Origin: Takakia lepidozioides
Taxonomy: Eukaryota; Plantae; Bryophyta
Direction of reading: 5' to 3'
Assembly: GCA_030704615.1 (NCBI GenBank)
Contig: CM060734.1
Span: 58,590,001-58,654,000 of the forward strand
Length of the DNA: 64,000 bases
This document shows positions 36,245-49,699 of this stretch, in pieces. Numbering within the stretch: position 1 is the first letter of the stretch; every line of letters begins with the position of its first letter. Both the position numbers and the translations under genes were made by a program. A model generated the notes under the pieces. The model was not told where the DNA came from and searched no databases. It was given only the letters and a program-made list of their open reading frames with translations.

Positions 36245-39200
36245 TTACCAGTAGTCCCCACAAGAACACACCCCATTGTTGAAGTGATGAAAGCAGATGG
36301 CATCCCTTGCAATAATTTCTCGTGCAACAATTTTGGATATCAACTTGGTGCCAGTGTGGCAGTCCCCACATACACATAAGTTTTTAATGATGCGGATAGG
36401 GGTCCTAGGGGGTGTGCTAATGAACCCAAAAGCTATGGTCAGCTTTTCGTTGTGGTGGTAAAGAGCCTGTTCCTTCATCTGTTGATCCACATCACGCAAC
36501 ACAACGCGTGTCTCAGGCACATATCCCGCCACCTTAATCTGCCAAGTCAATCTCTCTAACGCATCATAGATCTCCTCTGCTTATGGGTGAGATCTATCTC
36601 CAATGGCAAATGTATACATCTTGTGATTCCATCTTGAAAATACATTCTGCAGCACACTCTACTAACTCCACATTTCCATAGATTCTGCAGGCACCAAGCA
36701 AGGCCCCCCACACTGAAGCACCTAGTTTGAGTGTCATGTTGGCAATGAAATCTTCTTCATCCAAGCGCCTTGCACTGCCAAGGAGGTCAACCATGCAGGT
36801 GCAGTGCTTTTATGTTGGTGTAATGCCATGCTCTTGACACATGGATTGAAAATAATGACCACCTTCATCTACAAGGCCCAAATGGCTGCATGCAGAGAGA
36901 ACACCAATAAATGTGACCTCATTTGGCTTCACACCAGTTCAAACAATTGGAGAGTCTCGTGACCACGCCCATGTTGAGCGTATCCTATAATCATCGCAGT
37001 CCATGAGACCACATATGGTTTAAGAATTTTGTCAAACACCTCCCGTGCATCCTCTACACTCCCACATTTGGTATACAAATCAATGAGGGCATTCCTGATG
37101 TAGACATCTGACTCACACACAGATTTGATAATGTAGGCATGGACCCACTTGCCCTCTTCCAGGGATGCTTCACACCCTCTCTTTGCATTTGTCGAAAGAG
37201 TTTGAAAGCCTCTTCACCATGACCACTCTGTGCACATCCTCCAATCATCGCAGTCCATGAGACCACATCTCACTTAGGCATTCTGTCAACACATTGAGTG
37301 CATCCATCTCACTCCTGCACTTGCAATACATACTGACAAGGGCATTCCCGAGTTCAACATCTAACTCAAATTCAGCTTTGATGATGCTGGCAAGGAGCTG
37401 CTTGACCCGTTCGAAAGCCTCCGGGCCAGCACAAGCGTTGAGGACACTAATAAATGAGACAATATCTGCCTTCATGCCTTCTCTTTGCATGCGCTGAAAG
37501 AGTTAAAAAGACCATGACCATGCTGAGCAAATCCTACAATCATAGCAGTCCATGAGAGCCCATCTCGCTTGGGCATTGCACGTCAAATACTCGGGTGGCA
37601 TCCGTCAAACTCTCACACCTGCAATACATGCTGACAATGGCAGTCCCCACAGGGACATCCTCCTCAAGTCCAGCCTCAATGCACGCACATTTTGCATACA
37701 TGTCCACCAGGGTAGTGTTCAGGATGACATTTGGTACAATTCCAGCTTTGACAGTGTCACCATGGACCTCTTTCCCCTTTTCCAGAGCTCCTAGGCTTGC
37801 ACACGCATTACAAACAATAACAAACATTATATGGTTAGGCTTCAACCCTTCGCACATCATTTGCTCATAGGTCTCCAAAGCCTCCATCCCGTGCACACAT
37901 GTCCACCAGGGCAGTGTTCAGGCTGACATCTGGTACAATTCCAGTTTTGACGATGTCACCATGGACCTCTTTCCCCTTTTCCAGAGCTCCCAGGCTTGCA
38001 CACGCATTGCAAGCAAAAACAAATGTTCTGCGGTTGGGCTTCACCCCTTCCTACATCATTTGCTCATAGGTCTCCAAAGCCTCCATCCCGCACCCTTGTT
38101 ATGCATAGCCTGCAATCATCGCACTCCACGACACCACATCTCGTTCAGCCATACTTTCGAGCACTCCCTTTGGATCCTCGATGCACGCACATTTGACATA
38201 CATTTCCACTAGGGCAGTGTTCATAATGACATCTGGTAATCTGTCAGGCATTCACCTTTTGCCTTGGTTGTCCCACCATTGACTGGGGTCAGAGAAGTAT
38301 TCATTCCACAGCTTCTCTTCATCTCTGTTACCTGTTTTTGGATAGTTTCCTACTGTCACATTGGCAGTATCATGTCAAAGTCACTACAAACTAGATTCAC
38401 TCAACCAGCTAACTCGCAGAATTCAACATGGAAATTTAGGGCTGATTCTGATTCGAGGGAAAAACAGGGCGAAATGTGTTGAAGAAGGGCCTTCATTAGC
38501 AGTGCCTTCATGAAGCCTTACCCCATGGGAACTCTGGAAATCTTCATATTTGAAAAATGGGGCACATTAGATGTGTTAATATTTCACTGGAATGCAAATT
38601 ACAGTTCCTCGGGCACCTGACTATCAGTGGGAACAGTTGCTCCAAAACTACTAAGGTAATGCCCGCAATAGTTGAACACCATACAAATTGAGCAACTTAG
38701 GATAATGTGAGTGTGCATCTACTTTGTCACAGGGTGCACAAATCCACTAGGGCAGTGTACAATTCCAGCTCATAGGTTTCCAAAGACTCCATCACGCGCC
38801 CTTGCTATGCATACCCTGCAATCATCGCACTCCACGACACCAAATCTCGTTCAACCATACTGTCAAACACTCCCTCCGCATCCTCGATGCACCCACATTT
38901 TGCATACATGTCCACAAGGGTATTGTTCAGAATCACATCTGGTACAATTCCAGCTTTTGCAATGCAACCATGCACCTCTTTGCCCTTTTCTAGGGCTGCC
39001 AGACTTGCAAACGCACAGACCTGATGTGGTCGGGCTTCACCCCTTCTACCATCATTTGCTCACACGTCTCCAAAGCCTCCATCCCGCGCCACTGCTGTGC
39101 ATACCCTGCAAGCATCGCATTCCACGACACCAAATTTCATTCAACCATATTGTTGAACACTGCCTTCGCATCCTCGATGCTCCAGCATTTGGCATACATG

Positions 39201-39570
39201 TCCACGAGGGCATTGTTCAGAATGACATCGGGTACAATTCCAGCTCTGACAATGTCGCCGTGGGCCTCTTTGCCCTTTTCCAGAGCTTGCCAGGCTTGCA
39301 CACGCATTGCAAACACACACAAACGTGATGTGGTTGGGCTTCACCCCTTCCCCCATCATTTGCTCATAGGTCTCCACAGCCTCCACCCCACGTTCCTGCT
39401 GTGCATATCCTGGAAGCATTGCGCTCCACGACACCACATCTCATTCAGCCATATCGTTGAAAACTGCCTTGCATCCTTAATGCACCCACATTTGGCATAC
39501 ATGTCCACCAGCGTAGTGTTCAAAATGACATCTCGTACAATTCCAGCTTTGACGATGTCATCATGACATA
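36245..39570 (-). pseudogene. PLS-E-DYW PPR (organellar RNA editing factor) pseudogene(s)
   Basis: Repeated LVDMYAKCG and VSWTAMI motifs, E domain, DYW domain HHNEKL...CGDCH...CSCGDYW; many frameshifts and an interruption at about 38236-38750. Confidence 0.92.
38243..38445 (+). repeat. About 200-bp repeat with an inverted copy at 54590-54792
   Basis: Shared CATTGGCAGTATCATGTCAAAGTCACT...AGAATTCAACATGGAAATTTAGG. Confidence 0.85.
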
Positions 39571-41219
39571 TACCAACTGGCACCTCTAGATTATAGGTTT
39601 GTATGTCTTTTTCCATAGCTCTCAATCCCTAAGATAACTAGTCCATATAAAAATGGATTTGGGTTGGATTTAAAAATGGCACCCCTAGTGTGTTTTCCTT
39701 TGTGCCATTGTATGAGTGTACATGATGTTTTTTCAGTCCATAAGATTTTATGTGTAATATCTGCACTCCACAGTAATCAATTTTAAAAGTCCATGGCTCT
39801 CTGGTATATGACTGTTTTTGCAATCTAACAATTGGTACACATACCTATTGTAGTTAGAAACCCCACACCACATAAATTTAGATGAAATATTGAGTTGCTG
39901 GACAAATATGGGTAAAATCATGGAAGGAGGTCACTGCAGAAATTGCTATGTTACGCAAAAACTGAGACACCCAATCCTGCAAATACCCGTTTGTGTTTGC
40001 AATACGTGTGCAAGCCCTGGAAAAGAGGAAAGAGGTGACAAGTGGTTGTAAACTCTAGATTTTGACGTCTAAATGTTTTTTCACATTAACGATTAAAATA
40101 TTTAGTAAAAAATATTATCAATGAGGAGTGACTCTTTACTAAAAATGTTATTATATGCCTGCTTCAGGAGTGCGACAATCGCAACATCTGTCCAACGTGG
40201 GGGGAAGTAGCGCTCTGGTTTCCCACCTACATCCTCATAGCTCATAAGACACCCAAGTATAACGCCATTTTCCTCCTCAGCAAGTCGAGGCAGAGTCCCA
40301 AGTTTGTCCACCCAGCCAACTTGCACCATGTTGTCCAGGCTGACTGATGAAGGCCCCGGGAGAGCCACCGATGAAGTCAAACCCCGAAACCCTAAATCGC
40401 CCACAGCCGCAGAATCAACCATAAAGCAAGTAGCACTGAGGTTGTAGAACTCTGAGTTGGCACGCGCTTCCACCGTTTCCACGTTCGTCAACGACGCAAT
40501 GGCGTGAGCCTTGCACGTGAGCGTGTGAGCGTACGCTCACGCAGAAGTGACGTGGCATGAGCGTGATGTCAGCAGGCTGATATGGCGACAAATGCTAACG
40601 TGGCACTGCACCGTCAGCTACCACGTCAGCATGGACATGCGCCGCCTATAACCGAGGATGGTCCTATGACCATGGTATTAATGCAGGGAATCCTTGGCTG
40701 AATACAATCAAGACTACCATGAGGCCTACAATTGTAGCACCCAACATTGTGCAATTACAATTGTTTGTTTCACTTTTACAATTACAAGGACGAGAAAATA
40801 TCCTCACAAAGTGTGCGCCATAGAGGCTGCCACGGGAAGACCTTGCTCCCTCCCCAAATAACAATGAGAGTTAGGATCATCTTCCAAAGATGATTGCAAT
40901 GCATAGCGACAGCAAAACATGTAGACTTCGAAATGTGCAATGATGCATGTGTTTTTAAAAGTTGTCACTCAGAGCTCACTCAGTATAGTTGGAAGCATAA
41001 TGGAAGGATAAGGGATGTCATATCATTGCACCGCCGACGATGTTGCAAACGAATTGATTTGAATTGAATTTCCATGACAATGTTGCAAATTACACATTTC
41101 ATAGCATGGTCGTCCACATACCACATTGCATACTCACAATCCATAAAAAACACATTTCAGATTGCAGATTCCATATTGAACATTCACCACATTCGAGATA
41201 GACGAAGTGATAGTTGATG

Positions 41220-44200
41220 CTACCGATGTGTTGTATCCCGCTGCAATAGAGTATCCACCTCGTTGAAACTCAGAGTGGCCTGGTGAACGAAGTTGTCACA
41301 TTTGGGATCGCAAACCATCCTCTTCAAAAATATGAAATACAAATGTTTACAGGGTATGAATTTACCTCTCTTGCCCAAACTAGTTGATAGCATATTCACA
41401 AAATCAGGACATGTGCACTTGGGGAAATTGGAAACCATGATGTCGTAGGCCCTGTCATGAACAGCAGATGTCGAAGTGATCATTGTGTACACCCGACCAT
41501 ATCCTGGATCGGGCACTTCCGTGGTGCTTGCAACACGAGCTTGGAGCATTCTTGCAGACTCCACTTTGCCAAAGTGTTCAGCGGTTGGAGGGAAACGCCG
41601 AACCAGCTTTCCATCTCATTTGGTTGGCCACAAGTGAGGATTTGCCAGATGGACCCGAGAGAACGCAGAAGTAGAAGCACATGCATGCAGTTGGGGTTGT
41701 CTCGCACCTGCCTCCTCCAGCATTGCAATCTCCTGACTTGTGAGATGTGTTCCCACCTTGACGGGCCAAACGGTTGGAGGAGCTGGCTTCATCACCACGG
41801 AAGGTGCACAGTTCCATGCACACATCTACCACAATCGTCTGCGCAGAACCAGAACTTATGGTTCTTGGCTTCTGGTTGGCCGTATGGACGCATCAAACCC
41901 GTGAAAGTCGGAGCAGGAGTCCGGGCACCGCCTCTGGATATAGATGAAGTGCACTTTTCAAAATTAGTTGCCCTGATCGTTGTACATTTCACACGAGACC
42001 CTGCACTTGTGCGTTCTATGTGCCAAACGTGGTCGGGGCATGCGGACTCCAGCACATCAAGGGGGTAGTTTCTCTCCTGCACCATTTCAGTGGTACTGTT
42101 TGATGCTAGAGCCTGCCGTCGTATCGGAGGTTTCTCCAGAATGGAGGTTTTGGACATGGATTTGTCATGCAGGGGAACACGAGGTTTCGAGAAGTTATCA
42201 CGGTCTGCCCTGTGCGAATCGGAATCCGAACCAGGTGGGGTATTCAATTTCCTCTTACATGAGCCGAATCTTTCCTCCCCTTCAAGATGTGGAACTCTAG
42301 AAACAAGTGGCGTTCCCTGGGCATACATGCTCACCGCCCGTGCTATCTTGCTTGGATCCCCAGATCTGCTTGCAGCACGCAACATCAACTCCAGTTTGTC
42401 CGGACCCTTGCCACCAACCCCACCTCGCAAGAAATCACGGTATCTGGTTTGTTGTTGCAAGGCACATATCAGATCATCTGTTGTTGCCACATACAAATCC
42501 TGACCTTGTTTCCCAGACTGTTGCAACCATACGTTGTGCACAGTCTCTGCCAAATTGCAAGATGGCATGTCCGCCATTTCCTCAATGGACATGTTCTGCA
42601 AAGTGGAAAACCACACTTCAGAACAGTGCACAGGGAACAACATAAAGAAAGCAAGGAGAACAAAATTTGGAAAGTAAAGGTATGAATAAAGCAAGCAATA
42701 GAAGCCTCGCACCATTGTTATGGCTGCTCCCTACTGTCTGTACCGGAAGTGCCAAAACGCCAGCCAATCTTCCAATGCTCTCATACTCTCAAGAGATGCA
42801 GCTCCAAAAGAGAACCACCAGGCACGAATTGTCTGGAACAAAGTGTCCGCCTCCTTCATTGTTCTAGTATCTTTGTACTATTTGCATAATTTACGGTGTT
42901 GTGTTTGCATCTCTGGTTTGATGTCCGACTTTGTATGTTTCTCCAGAGATTGTGTCCAATGGAATAGACATGTACGCTCTCTTCCCGACATTGGCACTTT
43001 TGGGTCGTCTGATCCGAAGACAATTCGAACAGCATTGAAATTCGCCTGAGCACCATCTGCCATGAAACCAGCGAATTTTGGAGATAACACCCCATGGCAA
43101 CCCATAACACATATCAGGGAATTCCACATGAGCTTCTGGGATTCCGTATCCTCGGATTGCGTGTCACAAACTGCAATTGTCATAACTCGTTGGTACACTG
43201 GATCGTAGACATGACAAGCCATTGTCGTCCAATCTTTCACTCGTTTCACATGATCAAACATAAGAAAACAATTATGCAGGTCCCCAGTCTTCTGCATCCG
43301 CTTCACGAGGCTAACCCCACTGCCCTCCCCAGCAGTCGACATTTTGAAAAGAAATAGTTTGATGGCACCTTGACCTGGGAAAACATTGTCCTGGATGTAA
43401 TCGTACATGCACAGTCGTTTCAATTCCAAAATGTTGTCTATGTAGTCTCTGATCCCAGAGCCCATTCTCAATGCATTGATCTGATGCCGAATGTTAAGTG
43501 AACTCAAAGTGGAGAAATGATCCATGACAATGTCCAATGCTGGACCATCAAGTTTAGTCCCCACAAAATCTCTTTCACTCAAAATATGGCTTTCCAAGAA
43601 GGACTTGCTTGCGCCAAGAGCAATTGCAGATGTTGTTGCGGATGGGTTTATCTCGTATTCTTGTTTAATCAACCTCGATACTGTCTCAACACTCTCCCTG
43701 TAATCCCCCTTCGAGACAGGATGGTTATGGAAACCAAAATGCACACAAGCTCTTGTCATTGTTTTCAAACGATGGACAACATAGTACATTCCTTCTCCAC
43801 ACAGCGTCAGGCAGGATGGTACAAGTTTGCAGAATTTGCAAACGAAAGTGGTTGCCGGTGAAGGAGCAGTCCCAGGCTTAAATGGATTTTCCACGAGACC
43901 CTCCCACTCGCTTTGATTATGAACCCCAGACTGAAGAAAGTGTCTGCAATTCAAATTATCACACCTAAGGTGTCCATTGCAAACTGTTCTCCTGAAAACA
44001 AGCTTGTCTTCATTTTGAATTTTGGATGTTTTTGTTCTGGACCATGGGTGCCCGTCGTGTTTCTTTGTATATTTCGTGCATCATGCTTGTTATACCTCCA
44101 ATCTTGCGGAGGAGGAGGCAGCTCGAATAGGATATCCCCATCAAAAGTCTCTGGCAGGAACTTCACTAGCACCTACTTCAAAGATTCCCAATCAATTCTG

Positions 44201-44705
44201 CCATTCCTCCCATCGCCCGTAGTTTTGGAATGACACTACAAATCTCTTCTTCATCCGCTTCCACAACTACAGTACAAAGGACTAGAGTTGGAATTTCACT
44301 TATGTCATCATCGGACGAATCCGAAAGCTCAACGATGGGAGTGGAGGACGTCTGTTCTTTTTTCACCACCACCTCTCTTTTGTCTTCAACGACTGAAGCA
44401 GCAGTCCCGGGCGTCACATATGATCCAAGGGACTTTCGCCAAGGCTCTCCAAGTACTCTGTATCTACCAGGGCGCACTCTCCACTGGCTGACATGAGCCG
44501 TCTCATCACGGTTTTGGAAAGAGTATTTCAACAACTTCCCGTCCAAATCGTACACCTCTTTCTCCAAGAAGATGGAGCCATTCTGAAGCTCAAACCGGGT
44601 AGCCAAGACATGTTCCAATACAATTGCAAATCCATTGTCAAGGGCTTCTTTGGAGAAAGGCAATGGTTTGTCGTCAGAAAAGAACTCTGCTTCGGAGGAA
44701 GCCAT
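41220..44705 (-). mobile_element. MULE-like DDE transposase pseudogene with SWIM zinc finger
   Basis: MFDHVKRV, FMADGAQANFNAVR, CLFHW, CNLAETVHN, SWIM CTCPDF...CKHLY; stops and frameshifts; probable GT-AG intron at 42596-42712. Confidence 0.75.
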
Positions 44706-47700
44706 GTTACGTCCCCGAGCGGGGGTTCTCTTTCCTGAGTTGATCCTTCGCGAAATCAGATGATTCAGCTTTGCACCACACTGGGTGCACATGAAATGAG
44801 GCGGAAGCACCCGTTCCTTGAAGATTGTGCATATTCTGATATTCCATCTAATCGCCTGCGAAGTTCCTGACAATCCGCCGTCAAATTAACGTATGTGACC
44901 TGCAATCTGCATTGTCTTCTGAGCAATGCCGACAGATGATCCATCAAGTTATGGGGGTCGCCCCAAAAGAATAAAAACCCGCCGACTTCCTTGAAGACAG
45001 CCTGAGGATCCCATGCAGGGATGATGGGAAGAGAATTGAAGTACTTAGATCATTTGTCAGGCCATGACTAGTTTCACTATGTCTGATCATGTTGATGCTT
45101 TCAAGATTATGCATGAAATGGCCCAGAACTCTCCACGTACGCATATTCCGTGAAATCCTTAGTAGGCCTCATGCTAACTACTTTGAGAATCCTCATCCAT
45201 GACAATGTACGGTGATATTAATGAAGCCATCACAAAAGAGACACATGTCCATTTTATGTTTGCACACGCCAACAACCCAAAACAGCCGAGTAAAGGAACA
45301 GTTGTCCCAATTAGGTTACGCTATTTTCACTGAAAACGTACATTCAAGTATCGGACACGCAAGAGGGAATCCAACGGTTCCAGGGACACTCCCAAAACGA
45401 TGGAACCGCGCAAGAAAACGAGTCTGTTCATCTTTCTTGTTTCTGCACTTAGAGGAAGAGAGGCAGTCAAGCTAGAGAGGGTTCCTTGTTCGATTCGGAA
45501 GATAAGGAAGTCATTGTATTTTACATCGCTTAGAGAGAGGCTAAGATCAAGAGAGCAAATGACGAGGCGTCGCATGCAAGATGGTGCAGCGCTTAGGCAG
45601 CATGTGAACTTGGAGACAGGTCAAGCAGAAGAGCATGTGGGAAGTGAGAGTGAGGTCGCCGCAGTCGTAGCAACGGCTGGAGAAGTGCGCGTAGGTAACC
45701 AGACAGTGCCAGCCGAGTTCATGCCCAAAGACAAGAGAGCAGGGGGAGGAGCAGTGGACGCCATACAGGGAGGAAGTCTGCAAACCTACATCGGATAGAA
45801 ATGGTGAGCACTCCATATCCACGTACTACCGTTTTCATTAGTCTTGGTGTTCTCCCTTCCAAGTGGAATTCAATAACATGGTTTATCTTGTGTTCAGACC
45901 GATGAAAAAGGGAAGAGGAAAGCAGAAGAGGGCGATCCGAGCGATGCAGCCAAAGCAAACTAGGGCCTGGAAAACAGATGTGTGTCTCTCACACAAGCCA
46001 TCATAAACCCGGCTGTCACAACAAAGCAGAGGTCTTCCACTGGCTGGGCCGAAATAGCCCATCGTAGAAATTATTACACTTGTTCTTCATAAATAAAGTA
46101 AGGAAAGAGGTAGGATCAAGAAAAACCATAGAGTAGTTTAGTTTTTCAACATTTTAAGATGAGTCCATGGCAGGCGATTCCTTCCCCAGCTCTGCAACCC
46201 ACTTGGCATCCAGCAGCACCTAGACATCAGTATATTAAGTGGAAGCCCTCACTTGTGCCCGTCCCAAAAACAACCACAACGCATTGTGAGTTAGTGAGGA
46301 TGCACGAGGTGAGTAGCAAGCTTCCACACTTGCTATCAAGGTCAAATACACTTGAATCTAAGCGCAGAGAATGCCAAAGAAAGTAGGGAAGCAAGACAAA
46401 TGGAAAAAGAACATTTTTGACTGTTTGGGGGATGGTCGTCATCTCTCCACAAGCCCAACCGTGCAGGGAGGTCTTCGCCAACACCACAACACTGCTACCT
46501 TAACCAAAGCAAAGTCTTGCCAAGCACAAGAAAAAAGAGCTTTGTCTCAAAAGGTAGGGTTTATAAAGGGAGGGAGAGAAAGACTTCCTTGTTCCACCAA
46601 GACGCCGCCATTCATCAAAGATCTAGAGGAGGGCTCCTAGGGAAACTTCACAAGCATGCAGGTGGTACCTCCGCCATCACTGCCGTGGTTCCCTTGTGCA
46701 GCAAAAAAACAGACAAATGAGACAGTGAATCTTCCCTCATTTCTAAGCCACCACCATTGCCTTAATGAGCCTGCATAGGCGGCGCTCACAAGAGCCATAA
46801 ACACTCAGGGATTGGCAGCTCATGGTATCTGCAGCACGAGCACCATCGCTCCCTCCAAGCCGCCATCGCACGCACTCTCGCAGCGCAAAAAGAAAGACAT
46901 TAGGGTTGCCCAGGGTTTTCCCTATCTAGCTCGTCATTCATCCTTCTTAGGATGAAAAACATCCGCCAGCCTGTACGCCTGACGGACGTTGTCCGTTTCT
47001 CATTCGCGGAAGATGAAAAACATTGTGTGTTCATCCTCTCTTGAACTCGACGGATGCAGTCCGATCATCGCTTTTCTCACATCTGGGGACCATCAGTAAA
47101 GAGGGAGAAGTGCGTTTGAGACAACTTACGGATCCTTTCGCCTTCTTCAACTACCTTATGGTAGTTGGAAACAAAATGAGAGGCTGCAAGGAACTGTTTG
47201 CTGCAGCTACTCGGGTACCCATGTTGGTAAAATGCCCCTGTTATGTTCCAACCCGGATGGCTTTGTTAGCTAGATGCTTAGGCCAGGGTATGGTGAAGAT
47301 TCTGCCTGTGGCTATTCGGCTGACACTGAAATATGGCAGCAATATAACTGGTAACTGGTTTTTGAGGCAGTCGGGGTTAAGTGGAAATATCCCCTGGACA
47401 TGGTGTAATGACATGGTCAAACGTGGAATGATGTGAATAGGGTGTACTGACAGTGTCATATACTGTCACAGAATGTGTATGCAGTCCTTTATTTTTACCT
47501 TGTTGTGTCATGAACTTTGATTTTCAGCTGTAGCAAGAAATAAAGGTATAGCGTATTCTGGAAAACTTACCAGATATATCCACCTCCCCTGTGGGGGCAA
47601 GCTGTGTTGCAGACCAGTCTAAGCAAATACTGGTAGGGCAAGGTATTTAAATATGTGATATCCAAGTGTTCTTTTTGTTTTTTTTAAAAAAAAACCCTCC

Positions 47701-48084
47701 ATGACACCCATGGGGTTTCTGTAAGTATGCTTGTATGCTTGCGGTCAATAAATCTGTATGACCATGTGACCTGCACCACATCAAGGCTAAAATATGGCCA
47801 AGTACCCGCCATCCCACCCAGACCTCTGAATGTGTATCATGATCATGAATGATGGTCAATCGGCATCAGTGGCATACTCTTTGGGTTATGAATAATACCG
47901 ATGTGAGCACATTACTGTGCATGGATGTAATTTTGGATTTTCTAAGCTTGATGATTGATGGATGGTGCCACTGTTAAGTGGCTGATATGTCTGATTATTT
48001 CTTATTCGTGACAACAACCCTAGGGGTCCTGTCTTTGTCTTGACATGACAAAAAATATCTTCCCTCTCTTCTGTGCTGCTCTCT

Positions 48085-48690
48085 CTTAAGCTCCAGACGA
48101 GATAAATTCAAGGTCAGATGGTGGGTTCAGCTGCAACATATGTCCAATACCAGATATCCTAAGTTAATCGACTCTATATCTTGGAAACAAGACAGCCCTG
48201 TCAAACAGGGTAAGCCCTGGGAGAAGAGAGTAGAAGAGATTCTCAAGGATCTGAATCTGGACCCGCAAGTCTTGACCTTGCTGGATAAACCTGACTTAGA
48301 GAGTGTAGTGTCCAGCCATGTCTATTACCAGAAAATTGTCCGATGAAAATGAAGTTAGGAAGAAAACTTCCCTGAACCTGTTTCCAGTCTGTGACATGGG
48401 GGATAACATCATGGATGCACTCAAGGGTCTATCTCACTCTTGGCATCAGATTGAAATTTAAACTCAGGGCAAGAAGACTACCTTTGAACAGTAAACAAAA
48501 GCAGAGAGAAAGGGAGAGTGCAATTGCCCGTTGTGTGGGCAATCTGAAGACAATATTCATTTTCTGATGTCCGGGGTTCTCTCTCCAAAGAGACGCTTTC
48601 TTCAAATCTATCAAGGGAATTGTGCATGTACCTCTGTTTACCAACTTTAAAAGTCGCGAGGCTGAGCCAAAAGCCCAGCCCTTCTGCTCA
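48085..48690 (+). mobile_element. LINE fragment, same family as 16394-17480, opposite orientation
   Basis: MSNTRYPKLIDSISWKQDSPVKQ versus MPNTRYPKLIDSKSWKQDRPVKQ. Confidence 0.85.
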
Positions 48691-49699
48691 GTAACTTCCC
48701 CCCCAACCTTTTTTTGTTTTGTTTTGTTTCGTCATCTCTTCCTCTCTCTCCCTCTCTCTCTCTCTCTCACTTTTGATGTGACATACAAGTTATGGACAAC
48801 TCTCGACATCTTTCCCTTGATCCCACATGACAAGACAGACCATAGACCATCTCCCCACCCTGACCTACCTCTACTGCTGCGGCTGCTGGTGCTGGTGTTG
48901 GTGCTTCAAGCGAGCTGCTGTGGTGCTATCGCGGCTGCCAATGGCGCGGGTCCCCGCCGCTGCAGGGTGTCTCTCCCCCGCTCACCACGACTCTCTCTCT
49001 CTCTTCAACTCGTTTAGATCGCGCCTCTGCGCGGCGTTCCTACTACACAGGGGAGAGAGAGATCAGCCCGTGCTTAGGGCAAGAAAGCAAGAGAGAAAGT
49101 GAGGGAGGAGGCGGTGCTTACCTTGGACGTTGGAGGAGATTCGCACCCGCTGCTGAGCCCGAGGCAGTCGCAAGGCCCCAAGGTTGTCAATGATCATTCC
49201 CAAGCATCAAAGTTCCTCTTTTGGATTGGGGAGAACTCTCCTGCCACATGCATGGATCGGTTCGAACCATGGCTCCCAATGTCGATTGTGGAAGAGGAAT
49301 TGGAGCCAGAGCCTCCATTGGATGTTCTGGTTACGGACTTAGCATTCTCGGAGTTGGAGAAAGATTGTTGTCTCTGCCCAAACCTGCCAACTCTTTGGTA
49401 GCCCCCACATCCTCTGAAATTAGCACCCCTGCCCCAGTTGGGTCTCCCTGTTTGCTGGAAAGTGTTCCCTTCAATGCGTTGCCGTTTATAGCTATTAAAC
49501 GCAGGTTTGGGGAGGCTGTCGGAGAAGGATCCAGGTTTGATCAATCTCTCAATGAATCTGGCCCCTTTGGAGTCCGGCAGCCTATCAAGCAATTTTGCCT
49601 TGGAATTATAGGCAAAAGTTTCTGCTGCTTCCAATAGGAGCTCTCGGATCATTTGGAATGTTATCTGAGCCAGTATTACAGATCTGGCAGCCCTCATCA

